From Bradymonadia bacterium (GTDB lineage Bacteria; Myxococcota_A; Bradymonadia; UBA7976; UBA1532), in assembly GCA_046290225.1 (NCBI GenBank), contig JBKAGE010000079.1, positions 64,001 through 128,000 of the forward strand: a stretch of 64,000 nucleotides of DNA, read 5' to 3'. The translations under genes were made by a program, and so were the position numbers. The notes beneath the pieces are model-generated. The model was not told the origin of the DNA. It did no database searches and saw nothing but the letters and a program-made list of their open reading frames with translations. Positions 9,133 to 20,218 of the stretch are shown one piece after another; position 1 is the first letter of the stretch, and each line of letters opens with the position of its first letter.

Positions 9133-9424
9133 AGAACAATCGAGTCCGGGTATTTCGTCAGAGCAGGGCACAGTGGTGCTGTGCCTGCTCAGGGTGGCTT
9201 GTGGATCGAAAGACAGGGGTCACTGTTCATGTGTGTTCTCCAGTTATAGATGTAAGTATTGCGTCTCAGGAGGGCGTCGATAGATAGACGCTCACCTGAC
9301 AAGAGTCATAACTTCTCGTCCGCGTGATCGATCACGGGCATGAGAAACCAGAGATCCAATGCTGCACCTTCCCCCAATACGGGGGTGGCCGAGCAAGGAG
9401 AGACCGACGTTCGTTTTCGGGTGG

Positions 9425-9465
9425 AAATGAAAACGCCCGCCTCTCCAAGCCAGGAGGGGCGGGCG
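9425..9465 (-). terminator. Intrinsic terminator (attenuator) upstream of the tRNA array
   Basis: Minus strand CGCCCGCCCCTCC-TGGCTT-GGAGAGGCGGGCG-TTTTCATTT: 13-bp stem with one mismatch followed by a U-rich tract. Confidence 0.85.
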
Positions 9466-9511
9466 CCGCGTAGAACCGTGTTGTTGAACGATTCTAGGGC
9501 GTTACCCCTCC
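9453..9511 (-). promoter_or_regulatory. Antiterminator hairpin overlapping the leader stop codon and the terminator 5' arm
   Basis: Minus strand GGAGGGG..CGCC..TAGAATCGT pairs with ACGGTTCTA..GGCG..CCCCTCC, sequestering the 5' arm of the terminator. Confidence 0.75.
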
Positions 9512-9673
9512 GATGAGACCGATACCTTTACCTGCTCTGAGCCATGAGGCTTGAGCGTTTCCGGCATCGCTGGGCCCTTCTACACACAGACCCGCCGTTG
9601 CCTCGAAGGCATCGGTACGACGTGTTGCGCTCAAGGCCGCGACGTCGATGATGTGGGTGGTGTAGAAAAACAC
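9494..9673 (-). CDS. Putative 59-aa leader peptide (uORF) of the tRNA array
   Basis: GGAG Shine-Dalgarno then GTG 9673, open to TAG 9494: MFFYTTHIIDVAALSATRRTDAFEATAGLCVEGPSDAGNAQASWLRAGKGIGLIGGVTP*. Shorter than any ORF in the supplied track. Confidence 0.65.
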   Translation of the reverse strand: MFFYTTHIIDVAALSATRRTDAFEATAGLCVEGPSDAGNAQASWLRAGKGIGLIGGVTP

Positions 9674-9751
9674 AGCAAGGGCTCCAGAGTTGTGACCCGC
9701 CTTGGGGTCATGGGTTCAATGTGTGAGTTGTGTATGTCAGAGACGTGTATG

Positions 9752-9780
9752 TTTCTATGGCTCAGTCATGTGTCGGTCAA
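9752..9780 (-). promoter_or_regulatory. Candidate sigma70-type promoter for the leader/tRNA array
   Basis: Minus strand TTGACC-17 nt-TAGAAA in an AT-richer region about 80 nt upstream of the leader start. Confidence 0.55.
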
Positions 9781-9967
9781 GGAGAAATCTGAGAAAAATG
9801 CTCTGAATAGTCACTCAGTGTCGTAAGTGGCTGTGAATATGGTGTTTTGGTCGGGAAGTTTTTTCGAGAATATACCCCTGCCCATGCGAATGGAGCCGGT
9901 GATGATCAGCCCGTTGACCCCGCGGGCTGCTTGCTTTCCGTTCGGACCCCGTTTACACCCCCAGGCC

Positions 9968-10684
9968 ATGAGCACGCCCGAGCCCAACACGATCCAGCGC
10001 CGCTTCATGTCGCTTCTCGAGCCTATGGCCCACTACCACCAGCATCGCGTAGAGGGCATGGAGCACATCCCCAGAGAGGGAGGCTTCATGTTGTTGGCGA
10101 ACCACAGCTTCGCCACCTACGACAGCTTTCTGCTGGGCATGGCTGTCTACAAGGCCACGGGCCGGCCCCCTGTGGGCCTCGGGGACGACAGCATCTTCAA
10201 GGTGCCGTTCTTGAAGGACTGGGCGCTCGAAGCTGGGCTGCACCCCGCCAACCCCGAGAACGCTGTGGCCCTGCTCGAGGCCGGGGAGATGGTGTTCCTC
10301 GCCCCTGGGGGCATGTGGGAGGCGGTGCGGCCCTCGTCACAGAAGTATCGCGTGCGCTGGGACAGCCGCATGGGCTTTGCTCGTCTGGCGATGCGGGCCC
10401 AGGTGCCCATCCTGATCGCGGCGTGCCCTGAGGCGGACGACATCTACACGCTGTACGACAACCCGTTCACCGAGAAGGTGTACCGGCGCTTCAAGCTGCC
10501 CTTTGCTGTCGCCAGGGGGGTGGGGCCCACGCCGATCCCCCGCAAGGTGCCCCTGGTGCACTACATCGCCCCGCCCATTCGTCCGCCTGCTCTGGAGGAT
10601 GGAGACGAAGAGGCGCAGATTCGGGCGTTTCGAGATCAGGTGATGGGGCAGATGAACGAGTTGCTGTTCCGCAACTCGCCCTGA
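9968..10684 (+). CDS. Lysophospholipid/glycerol acyltransferase (PlsC/DGAT-like) family
   Basis: LANHSFATYD (HxxxxD), LAPGGMWEA and GFARLA..AQVPI motifs. Start placed at ATG 9968. Confidence 0.85.
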   Translation: MSTPEPNTIQRRFMSLLEPMAHYHQHRVEGMEHIPREGGFMLLANHSFATYDSFLLGMAVYKATGRPPVGLGDDSIFKVPFLKDWALEAGLHPANPENAVALLEAGEMVFLAPGGMWEAVRPSSQKYRVRWDSRMGFARLAMRAQVPILIAACPEADDIYTLYDNPFTEKVYRRFKLPFAVARGVGPTPIPRKVPLVHYIAPPIRPPALEDGDEEAQIRAFRDQVMGQMNELLFRNSP

Positions 10685-10705
10685 GCTGCGACGGAGGCTG
10701 TGGTG

Positions 10706-11192
10706 GGGCCTTGGTAGGCAGTCATCGCTTCGCTCCGCCTGCGTAGGCGCCGGGCCTTCGGCAGTCCTGCGGACCGCCTCGTCTGGCGCGTACACGTTCG
10801 GGCATCCGCTTGCGCGGACACCCTTCCGGGTAGGCAGGGTCGCTCAGGGCTTCGCCCTTCTTGCTCACTCCCCTGCGTAAAGAGTTTCTTCTGTATCTTG
10901 TTGCTGAACCCCGCCGGGATTCGACCTACCGCGAACCTGCAAGCCTCTGAGTGTGAATGCTCGGCGAAAGCCCCAGCAGCGCCGGAATCAGTGCAAAGTC
11001 ACACCAGAACTGACTTTTTACGCAGGGGAGCGAGCAAACAAGGCGAAGCCTTGAGCGACCCTGCCTACCCGGAAGGGTGTCCGCGCAAGCGGATGCCCGA
11101 ACGTGTACGCGCCAGACGAGGCGCATCGAAGATGTGCCGAAGGCCGGGCGCCTACGCAGGCGGAGCGAAGCGACGGCTGCCTACAAAGGCCC
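10706..11192. repeat. About 180-bp inverted repeat pair (10706-10885 / 11013-11192), REP/MITE-like
   Basis: Two arms of long near-complementarity around a spacer of about 127 bp, between convergent genes. The same peptide MSAQADARTCTRQTRR appears on opposite strands in the ORF track. Confidence 0.85.
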
Positions 11193-11229
11193 AGCCCCAA
11201 CATTCATGGTGTCATGCCCACCCATCTCA

Positions 11230-11901
11230 TCAGGCTCTGCTCAGCCGACAAACCCGAATGCGCGCCGTTCCCCCAGGAATCAGAGGCCCACTCAAGGGCT
11301 TGACGAGCGTGTCCAACTGCCAGCCGGAGAGCTGCTCGAGAAACCTCGGCACGTGATCCCGGCCCGGATCTGCGATCCAGGCCACCCCGTCCTCAGCGAG
11401 CATGGCGTCGATGGCGCCATAGAGCATGGGCCCGTTCCGCGGCTCGTACAGCACATCTGCTGCCAGGATCGTACGCCAGCGCTCATCAGGGGGATGACGC
11501 CAGTCGATCAAGCGACCCGACATCTGCAGCCCGTTCTCTTCTGCGCTCGCCAGGGCGTATTGCTGCGCCTCGTCGATCCAGTCGCTCACCGTGACCGACG
11601 CTTGCTCACCGGATGCCCGAGCTGCGGCCAGGCCCACGAGGGCGAGGCCCGCGCCGAGCTCGAGCGTGGGCCCTGTGACCGGCACCACACCTTCCTCCAC
11701 GAGGGTGGCCAGGCCGATGGCCGAGGGCCACAAGTCAGCCCAGTAGGGCATCTTGTCGTCTGGATCAGGGGGGGCATCGGCGAGGGCGTCGAGGAGATCT
11801 TCGCTGCTCGCCGGTTGCCAGACCTTCAGCGGGCCCAGCGGGAGCGGGACTTCGTTGAGCGTCGATGGATAGGGCAGGGGACGGGGCGGGTTCGCTTTCA
11901 T
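11230..11901 (-). CDS. Class I SAM-dependent methyltransferase (Methyltransf_16/METTL21-like)
   Basis: PYWADLWPS, LELGAGLAL and ILAADVLYE motifs. Confidence 0.85.
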   Translation of the reverse strand: MKANPPRPLPYPSTLNEVPLPLGPLKVWQPASSEDLLDALADAPPDPDDKMPYWADLWPSAIGLATLVEEGVVPVTGPTLELGAGLALVGLAAARASGEQASVTVSDWIDEAQQYALASAEENGLQMSGRLIDWRHPPDERWRTILAADVLYEPRNGPMLYGAIDAMLAEDGVAWIADPGRDHVPRFLEQLSGWQLDTLVKPLSGPLIPGGTARIRVCRLSRA

Positions 11902-11982
11902 GGCGCGCACGGTATCACAGCGGCTCAAGGTGCAGCGGCCTGGTGTCCGAAGTACTCCGGCACGGGCGATGAAGGAGGACAT

Positions 11983-13167
11983 ATGGAGTGGGTGTCAGCC
12001 CTGTCGGAGGCCGCGGACCTCAGCGCCGCCATCGAAGCGACCGTGGAAGACGTCCAGAGCCGTATGGAGGGGGCGCCCGACATCGTCTTCGCCTTCCCCT
12101 CGGCGGACTATGAAGAGGCCATCAGCGGCATCGTTGATGCCCTCGATCGAGCGTGGCCTGGTGTGATCGTCATGGGATGTACGGCAGGGGGCGTTGTCGG
12201 CGACGGCCGGGAATTCGAAGGGCCCCGTGGCCTCGCCCTCACCGCGGCGCAGTTGCCAGGTGTCGAGATCACGACGTTCGTCATCGAGAGCGAGCAGCTC
12301 CCCGAAGCCGATGCGGGCCCAGAGGCTTGGAGCCAGCTCATCGGTGTGTCTGCCGACGCTCTGCCTCACTTCGTGGTGACCCCTGATCCGTTCACTTTTG
12401 ATGCTGAGCGGCTGATCCGTGGCATCGACGCCACCTGGCCCCAGAGCACCCTCGTCGGTGGTCTCGCCAGCGGTGGTCGGCGGCCTGGCGGGCATCTGCT
12501 CTTCGCAGGCGATCGTGTGGTGGAGGGGGGCGCCGTGGGTGTGGCCTTCACCGGCGACATCGCTGTAGAGACTGTCGTAGCTCAGGGGTGTCGACCCATT
12601 GGGCACCCCATGTTCATCACCCGGGGGAGCGGCAACATCATCTCCGAGCTCGATGGCCAGCCCGCCACCGAGGTCCTCGCCGAGCTATTCGAAGGGCTCT
12701 CTCCGGAAGACAAGGGGCTGTTTCGCAATGCGCTGTTCCTTGGGCTGGTCATGGATCCCGAGCAGCAGATGTACAGCCACGGCGACTTCTTGATCCGAAA
12801 CATCATGGGGGTGGACCCCACCTCGGGCATCCTCGCCGTGGGGGCGCGGATCAACAGCTCCCAGGTGATCCAGTTCCACTTGCGCGACGCCCGGACCTCG
12901 GAAGATGATCTGCGGGCCTTGCTCAAGGCGTCGCGAGACCGTGGAGATCGGGCACCGGCAGGTGCGTTGATCTTCTCCTGTCTCGGCCGGGGTGAAGGGC
13001 TGTATGGTCAGCCCGACCTCGAGAGCAGGGTGATCCAGGGCACCATGGGGCCAGTCCCCACGGGCGGCTTCTTCTGCAACGGTGAGATCGGCCCGGTGCA
13101 CGGGCGGACCTTCCTGCACGGATACACCAGCGCCCTGGCCCTGTTCCGCCCGAAGAACTGTCAATGA
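11983..13167 (+). CDS. FIST N/C domain sensory protein
   Basis: GCTAGGVV, GGLASG, VAQGCRPIG, FSCLGRG and GFFCNGEIGP motifs. AGGAGG SD before ATG 11983. Confidence 0.9.
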   Translation: MEWVSALSEAADLSAAIEATVEDVQSRMEGAPDIVFAFPSADYEEAISGIVDALDRAWPGVIVMGCTAGGVVGDGREFEGPRGLALTAAQLPGVEITTFVIESEQLPEADAGPEAWSQLIGVSADALPHFVVTPDPFTFDAERLIRGIDATWPQSTLVGGLASGGRRPGGHLLFAGDRVVEGGAVGVAFTGDIAVETVVAQGCRPIGHPMFITRGSGNIISELDGQPATEVLAELFEGLSPEDKGLFRNALFLGLVMDPEQQMYSHGDFLIRNIMGVDPTSGILAVGARINSSQVIQFHLRDARTSEDDLRALLKASRDRGDRAPAGALIFSCLGRGEGLYGQPDLESRVIQGTMGPVPTGGFFCNGEIGPVHGRTFLHGYTSALALFRPKNCQ

Positions 13168-13208
13168 CGAGGTGCTGATCGCCGGCGCCTCCCGCCGGTG
13201 AGCCCACA

Positions 13209-14105
13209 GTGTCCCTGATTCATCTGCCCTTCGACTTCTCCACCGAGCCCTCCCGAGAAGGCCCCCACCGCCCCCGCATGTTGATCACCATCGGCGACGC
13301 CGAGGTGAGCGGTCTGTGGGGCGCCACCCTCGACGCGCGAGTCTTCGCCGCCGAAGGCGCCCGCTGCGCCACCATCATCACCGGGACCGCCCTCGACGCA
13401 CCCGATGGGCCCATCGCCCAGACCCACTTGCCGGCGTCGGCCATCAACCTGCACCTCGGCGCCACCCTCGCTGGAGGCCCGTGTGACGGGGTGAAGCTCG
13501 GCCGTTTGAGTGACGAGGGCGCGGTGAAGGCGGTGCACGAGGCCCTCGGTGAGCAGCCCCCGGAGCCTCTGGTCGTGGCGCCGGCTCTCGCGGATCGTCG
13601 AGGCAACGCGCTGCTCTCGCCCATGGGCGTCATGGCCCTGCGCCGTCTGGTGTTTCCCAAGGCCAGCATCCTGGTGATGGATCTCACCACTGCGGAGCAG
13701 CTCACCGGGCGGCCCACCCGCACCGCCGACGAGATGCGCGACGCGTGTCGCCGGCTCTTCGACGAGGGATGTCGCAATGTGCTGGTCACTGGCGGCCAGC
13801 TCGAAGGCACCCCCATGGATCTCTTCTTCGACGGCTCGGGTTTCATCGACTACGGCGCTGATCGCCGGTCGAGCAAAGGTCTGAGGGGGGTCGGTGATGT
13901 CTTCACCGCGCAGCTGCTCTGCCGGCTCAGCGAGGGCCGCCCGACGCCAGAGGCCATCGACGAAGCCCGAGGCGCGACGATCCAGGCCCTCGACAAGGCT
14001 CTTGAGGGCCCGCCGGGCCTGCGACTGGTCGATCCCATGAACCCCCTGTATCCGAAGCTGGGCAAACACCCTGATCCTGTGTTTGATCGCCCCGAATCCC
14101 CCTGA
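13209..14105 (+). CDS. ThiD/PfkB-like (hydroxymethylpyrimidine kinase-like) protein, divergent
   Basis: ThiD-like layout (MLITIG, VKLGRL, VLVTGGQL, RGVGDVF) with non-canonical catalytic motifs. Confidence 0.7.
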   Translation: MSLIHLPFDFSTEPSREGPHRPRMLITIGDAEVSGLWGATLDARVFAAEGARCATIITGTALDAPDGPIAQTHLPASAINLHLGATLAGGPCDGVKLGRLSDEGAVKAVHEALGEQPPEPLVVAPALADRRGNALLSPMGVMALRRLVFPKASILVMDLTTAEQLTGRPTRTADEMRDACRRLFDEGCRNVLVTGGQLEGTPMDLFFDGSGFIDYGADRRSSKGLRGVGDVFTAQLLCRLSEGRPTPEAIDEARGATIQALDKALEGPPGLRLVDPMNPLYPKLGKHPDPVFDRPESP

Positions 14106-14122
14106 GCACCCGGAGCACGCAG

Positions 14123-16077
<1,955 letters not shown>

Positions 16078-16081
<4 letters not shown>

Positions 16082-18549
16082 GATGGCTCGCTCTGACGTT
16101 GGCGGCGGTCCTCGCTGCTGGCGTCGCCCACGCCGATGATCTCACCTCGGCGGTGCACCCTGGGGCCCTGCTCCAGCGCATGGAGGCCCTGGAGAACACC
16201 GGCAGGGCGCTCTATGTCTCCGCGGCCCCAGGCTCGGAGAATCATCGCCTGCTCGCATGGCTGGCTCAGGGCCGGCGGGTACACACCGCGACACTGGCCA
16301 TCACCCGGGGTGGGGCAGGGCACAACCGGTTGGGCCCTGAGCGGGGATCGCTGCTCAGTGTGTTGAGGGCCGACGAGTTTCAGGCGAGCCACCGCGTCGA
16401 CGGGGTGCGCATCTTCACGACCGGCGCCCGAGATTTCGGCGCCGCCCACACCGCCGAGGGTGCCCTCGAAGCCTGGGGGCACGAAGGCACTCTGGGCGAT
16501 CTCGTCCGGGCCATTCGGGTGTTCCGCCCTCACGTCATCATCACCGAGGCGCCTGTCTCTGGTGACGGTCAGCGCCTCGCGGCGGCGCAGCTGGTTCAAG
16601 AGGCCTTCGAGGCTGCCGGTGACTCCAGCAGATTCGCCGAGCAGTTGAAGTCCGCGCGCCCCTGGTCCCCCGTGCGGTTGTTGCACGATATGGGCGCTGG
16701 CGCAGAAGAGTCACCAGGTGATCTGCTCGTCGAGGTCTCGGGCTATGCCCCCCTGCTCGGTGAAAACCTGGGTGACATCGCCCGGGAGAGCGCCGCCGCA
16801 TATCATACGCTCCACGGTCTGCAGAAGCCCGCCCCCGCCGGTGCCGATGGCCCACGCATCGAGATCCTGCGCCCTGTGGCTGGGGCGCAGGCCACCTTCG
16901 ATCTATTCGAAGGGGTGTCACAAGGCTGGGCGGGCCTCGCCGGCGGTGCCGGCGTCTCTGCGGCCCTCGCCGAAGCCCGGACGGCATTTCGACCCCAGGC
17001 GCCCCACAGCGCGTTGCCTGCCCTGGCCCGGGCCCTCGCCGCCGCTCGGGCTCTCGGTGAGCCGGACCTGCGCCGGTGGGCTGTGCAGGCCCTCGAGCGC
17101 TTGATGGTGGACTGTGCCGGGCTCACGCTGAGCGCGACGGCGAGAGCCGAGGCGGTGATCCCCGGGGACAAGGTCTCGATTCGCCTCGGTGCGGTGCTCC
17201 GAGGTCGACGAGAGGTGCGGCTGCGCGGAGTTACGGTGGCGCTCACCTCCGCCGACGAAGGCGAAGGCCGCGCCGAGACCTCCATGAAGCCCGCGCTCTT
17301 GAGCCCCCAGGCCGCCTGGCGTGAGAGCCTCACCCTGAAGATCCCCGCCGATGCATCAGTGTCTACGGTGCCCTGGCTCAGCCGTCCCCCGACCGGTGGG
17401 CGCTACACCTTGCCCGAGGGGGCGATGCCCAATGTGCTCTGGGGCCAGGCCCCCATCGAGGCCACCTTCACCGTGGAGATCGCCGGCGCGGTCATCGACA
17501 TCGTCCGGCCCGTGACCGAGGGGCTGAGTGCGCCCCTCGATCGGCCGGTTGGGGTGGTGCCGCCCATGTGGTTGCAACCGAAAGACAAGCTGTTGATGCG
17601 CCCCGAGAAGGAAGAAGGCCGCCTCACTGTAGAGGTGGTGGCGGTGAAGAGCGGGGAAGGGGTGGTCACGCTGAAGGCTCCGCGGGGCTGGCGTGTGAAG
17701 CCTGCCCAGAAGAAGGTGAAGCTCAAAGCGGGGGCCCGCAAAGCGGTGACCTTCACGGTGACGCCCCGCAGCAGCGCCCGGGCGGGCACGGCCCAGTGGG
17801 CCATCTCTTCTGGCGATCGCACGTGGCATTGGGGCGCTCAGATCGTCGGCGGCAGGCACACGCCCCTGCGTCACGTGCCCGTCATCGCCGAGGCCAATGT
17901 CGTCCCCGGTGAGCTGGAGCTGCCGAGGGGATGGATCGGCTACCTGCCCGCTCCAGGCGACTCACTCATGCAGAAGTTGCGGCAGATGGGCCTCAAGATC
18001 AGAGCCCTCGATGCCCTCGACCTCGCCTCCGGGCCCTTGTTCGAGCTGCCTGTGGTGGTCCTCGGCCCTGGAGTCTTTGGTGATCACGAGGCCCTGGATC
18101 GTCACAGCCGACGTCTCAAGGCCTATGTCCGCCAAGGCGGCCGACTGGTGATCCTCGGTGGTGTCCCTGGCTCGGCTGGAGCGTTGGAGAGTCTGCCGCC
18201 GAAGTCGTTGACCTTGAGCACCGTGCAGGCCCTTGAGGCAGACGGAGCCGTGAAGCTGCTCCAACGCCTCGACCCGCTGATGGTGACGCCGAACCGCCTG
18301 AGTGATGCAGACTTCGAAGGTTGGGTCGAAGGCCGTGCGAGCGCGCTTCCGGAGCGTTGGGATGGGGCCTACAGCGCCCTGGTCGAGGTGGCCGACGAAG
18401 GCCAGAAGAAACAACGCGGTGCGCTGCTCAGTTTGAACTATGGCCGGGGCACGTTCATCTACACCGCCCTCGATCTGGCCCCGCAAATCGCTGCGGGTGT
18501 GCCCGGCGCCTACCGCTTGCTCGGCAACTTGCTCTCACCGCCCAAATAG
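16078..18549 (+). CDS. Exported PIG-L/LmbE-family protein with Ig-like and C-terminal GATase-like domains; metal site degenerate
   Basis: Signal peptide; TRGGAGHNRLG, ARDFG, IRVFRPHVII and DFEGWVEGR motifs. The canonical HPDD is replaced by APGS. Confidence 0.75.
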
Positions 18550-20168
18550 CGCTTGCCGGCAACGAGCACGCCCAGCGTCTTCAGCGTCTCGAGCTGAGCG
18601 CGCTCACGTGGATCTGCGCTGAGCAGCGTCAGATCGGCCACCTGCCCCACAGCGATGCGCCCACGACGATCCTCGGTGAAGCTCGCGAAGGCGGCGTCGA
18701 GGGTGAAGCCTCGGAGCGCCTCCGCAGGGGTGAGGGCCTCGGCGGCGTACCAGCCCCCTTTGGGCCCGGAGGGCTTCTGGCGGGTGACGGCGGCGTAGAG
18801 CCCGGCAAGCGGATCCGGTGACTCCACGGGAAAGTCGCTGCCCAGGGCCAGCGGTGCCCCAGCGTTGACGAGGCTGCGCCACGCATATGCGTGACGGATC
18901 CGCTCGGGGCCGAGGCGCTTCTCTGCCCAGCCCATGTCGCTGGTGGCGTGCACGGGCTGCACCGAGGCGATGATGCCCATCTCGCCCATCCGGCGCTGAT
19001 CGTCGGGATGTACGATCTGCGCGTGCTCCACGCGCATGCGGTGCCTCTGATCTTTCGGAAGACCAGCATAGGCATCGACGATCTCCCGCACTGCGGCGTC
19101 GCCGATCCCATGTACGCCAATTTGGAACCCCTTGGCGGCGTAACGGTTCACCTTCTCGATGAGCACATCGCCGGTGATGATGGGCGTGCCCTTGTGCCCA
19201 TGGGCGTCGGTGTAGTCGCTCAACAAAGAGGCCCCTCGGCTGCCGAGGGCACCGTCAGCGAACAACTTCACGCCCATGACCTGCACCATGTCGCCCCGTT
19301 GGGGTCCCGCCTCGACGAGGGGGGCGATGTGCGGATCCTGGTCGTCGAGCAACACGTGTACGCGGAATCCGAGCTGCCCTTGCTGAGCGAGCTGGCGATA
19401 CACCTTCACCTGGGCGGCGGTGGCACCCGCGTCGTGCACGCCCGTGAGGCCCACGGCGCGACAGGCCGCCACTGCCCTGAGCACCCATCGGGTGATGTCG
19501 GCTTCTGAGGGCTCGGGCATCTTCTGGCGCACGAGATCGACGGCGCTGTCGATGAGCACCCCTGTGGGCTGCCCGCTGGCGTCACGGAGAATCTGACCCC
19601 CTTGTGGATCAGGTGTCTGCCCGTTGATGCCCGCGTGCTGCAGCACCCGAGCGTTGACCCAGATGGCGTGGCCGTCCACTCGGGTGAGGACCACGGGCCG
19701 GTCGGGCACAGCAGCGCTGAGGATCTCGTGGGTGGGGAAGGCGCCACCGGGCCAGAGGTTCTGGTCCCAACCACGCCCGGTGATCCACTGGCCCTCAGCA
19801 GCTTCTGCGGCGGCGCGCTTCACCTGTGCTGCCACCGCTGAGGGAGAAGAGGCGCTGCGCAGATCGAGCCGCTCTAGGGCCTGCCCAAGGCCTGTGAGGT
19901 GTCCGTGGGCGTCCACGAGGCCAGGCACCACGATGGCCTCGGGCTCGCGGATGAGCGACTTGCCCTCAGGGCCTGTGTGGGTGGGGCCGATCCAGGTGAT
20001 GTGGCCTTTGTGTATGGCGATGGCGACGCCTTCGCCATGACGATGCTCTATCAGGCGACCCTGAGCATCGAAGCTCAGAGCCGCTCGGGCCTCGAGGCGT
20101 AGATCTACGGCAGGCTGCCCCCAAGCGGGGACGGCGAGAAGAGCGACGAGTAGGCTGAGGGCTTTCAT
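18510..20168 (-). CDS. Exported amidohydrolase (Amidohydro_3/YtcJ-like)
   Basis: PGLVDAHGH, KLFADGALGS, HGIGD, RVEHAQ and GSDFPVE motifs; signal peptide from ATG 20168. Confidence 0.9.
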   Translation of the reverse strand: MKALSLLVALLAVPAWGQPAVDLRLEARAALSFDAQGRLIEHRHGEGVAIAIHKGHITWIGPTHTGPEGKSLIREPEAIVVPGLVDAHGHLTGLGQALERLDLRSASSPSAVAAQVKRAAAEAAEGQWITGRGWDQNLWPGGAFPTHEILSAAVPDRPVVLTRVDGHAIWVNARVLQHAGINGQTPDPQGGQILRDASGQPTGVLIDSAVDLVRQKMPEPSEADITRWVLRAVAACRAVGLTGVHDAGATAAQVKVYRQLAQQGQLGFRVHVLLDDQDPHIAPLVEAGPQRGDMVQVMGVKLFADGALGSRGASLLSDYTDAHGHKGTPIITGDVLIEKVNRYAAKGFQIGVHGIGDAAVREIVDAYAGLPKDQRHRMRVEHAQIVHPDDQRRMGEMGIIASVQPVHATSDMGWAEKRLGPERIRHAYAWRSLVNAGAPLALGSDFPVESPDPLAGLYAAVTRQKPSGPKGGWYAAEALTPAEALRGFTLDAAFASFTEDRRGRIAVGQVADLTLLSADPRERAQLETLKTLGVLVAGKRYLGGESKLPSKR

Positions 20169-20218
20169 GGGGGCAACATACCTTGACTTGGTCTCTTGAG
20201 CGGGGGCAAATGCCAACC

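Noticed and set aside
8057..9287. Short ORFs in the supplied track across the tRNA region
   Set aside because: They are translations of tRNA cloverleafs and spacers, with no protein features.
9524..9544. WLRAGK resembling the SecM RAGP arrest motif
   Set aside because: The essential Pro is Lys and there is no export signal; not supportable as an arrest peptide.
9453..9673. T-box riboswitch explanation for the leader
   Set aside because: The antiterminator lacks the UGGN bulge (it reads GGGG-UAA-CGCC) and no Stem I motifs were seen; a uORF attenuator fits better.
6199..13167. Long N-terminal extensions of the FGGY, MTAP and FIST ORFs
   Set aside because: They overlap real opposite-strand genes or the inverted repeat; starts were moved to where family motifs begin.
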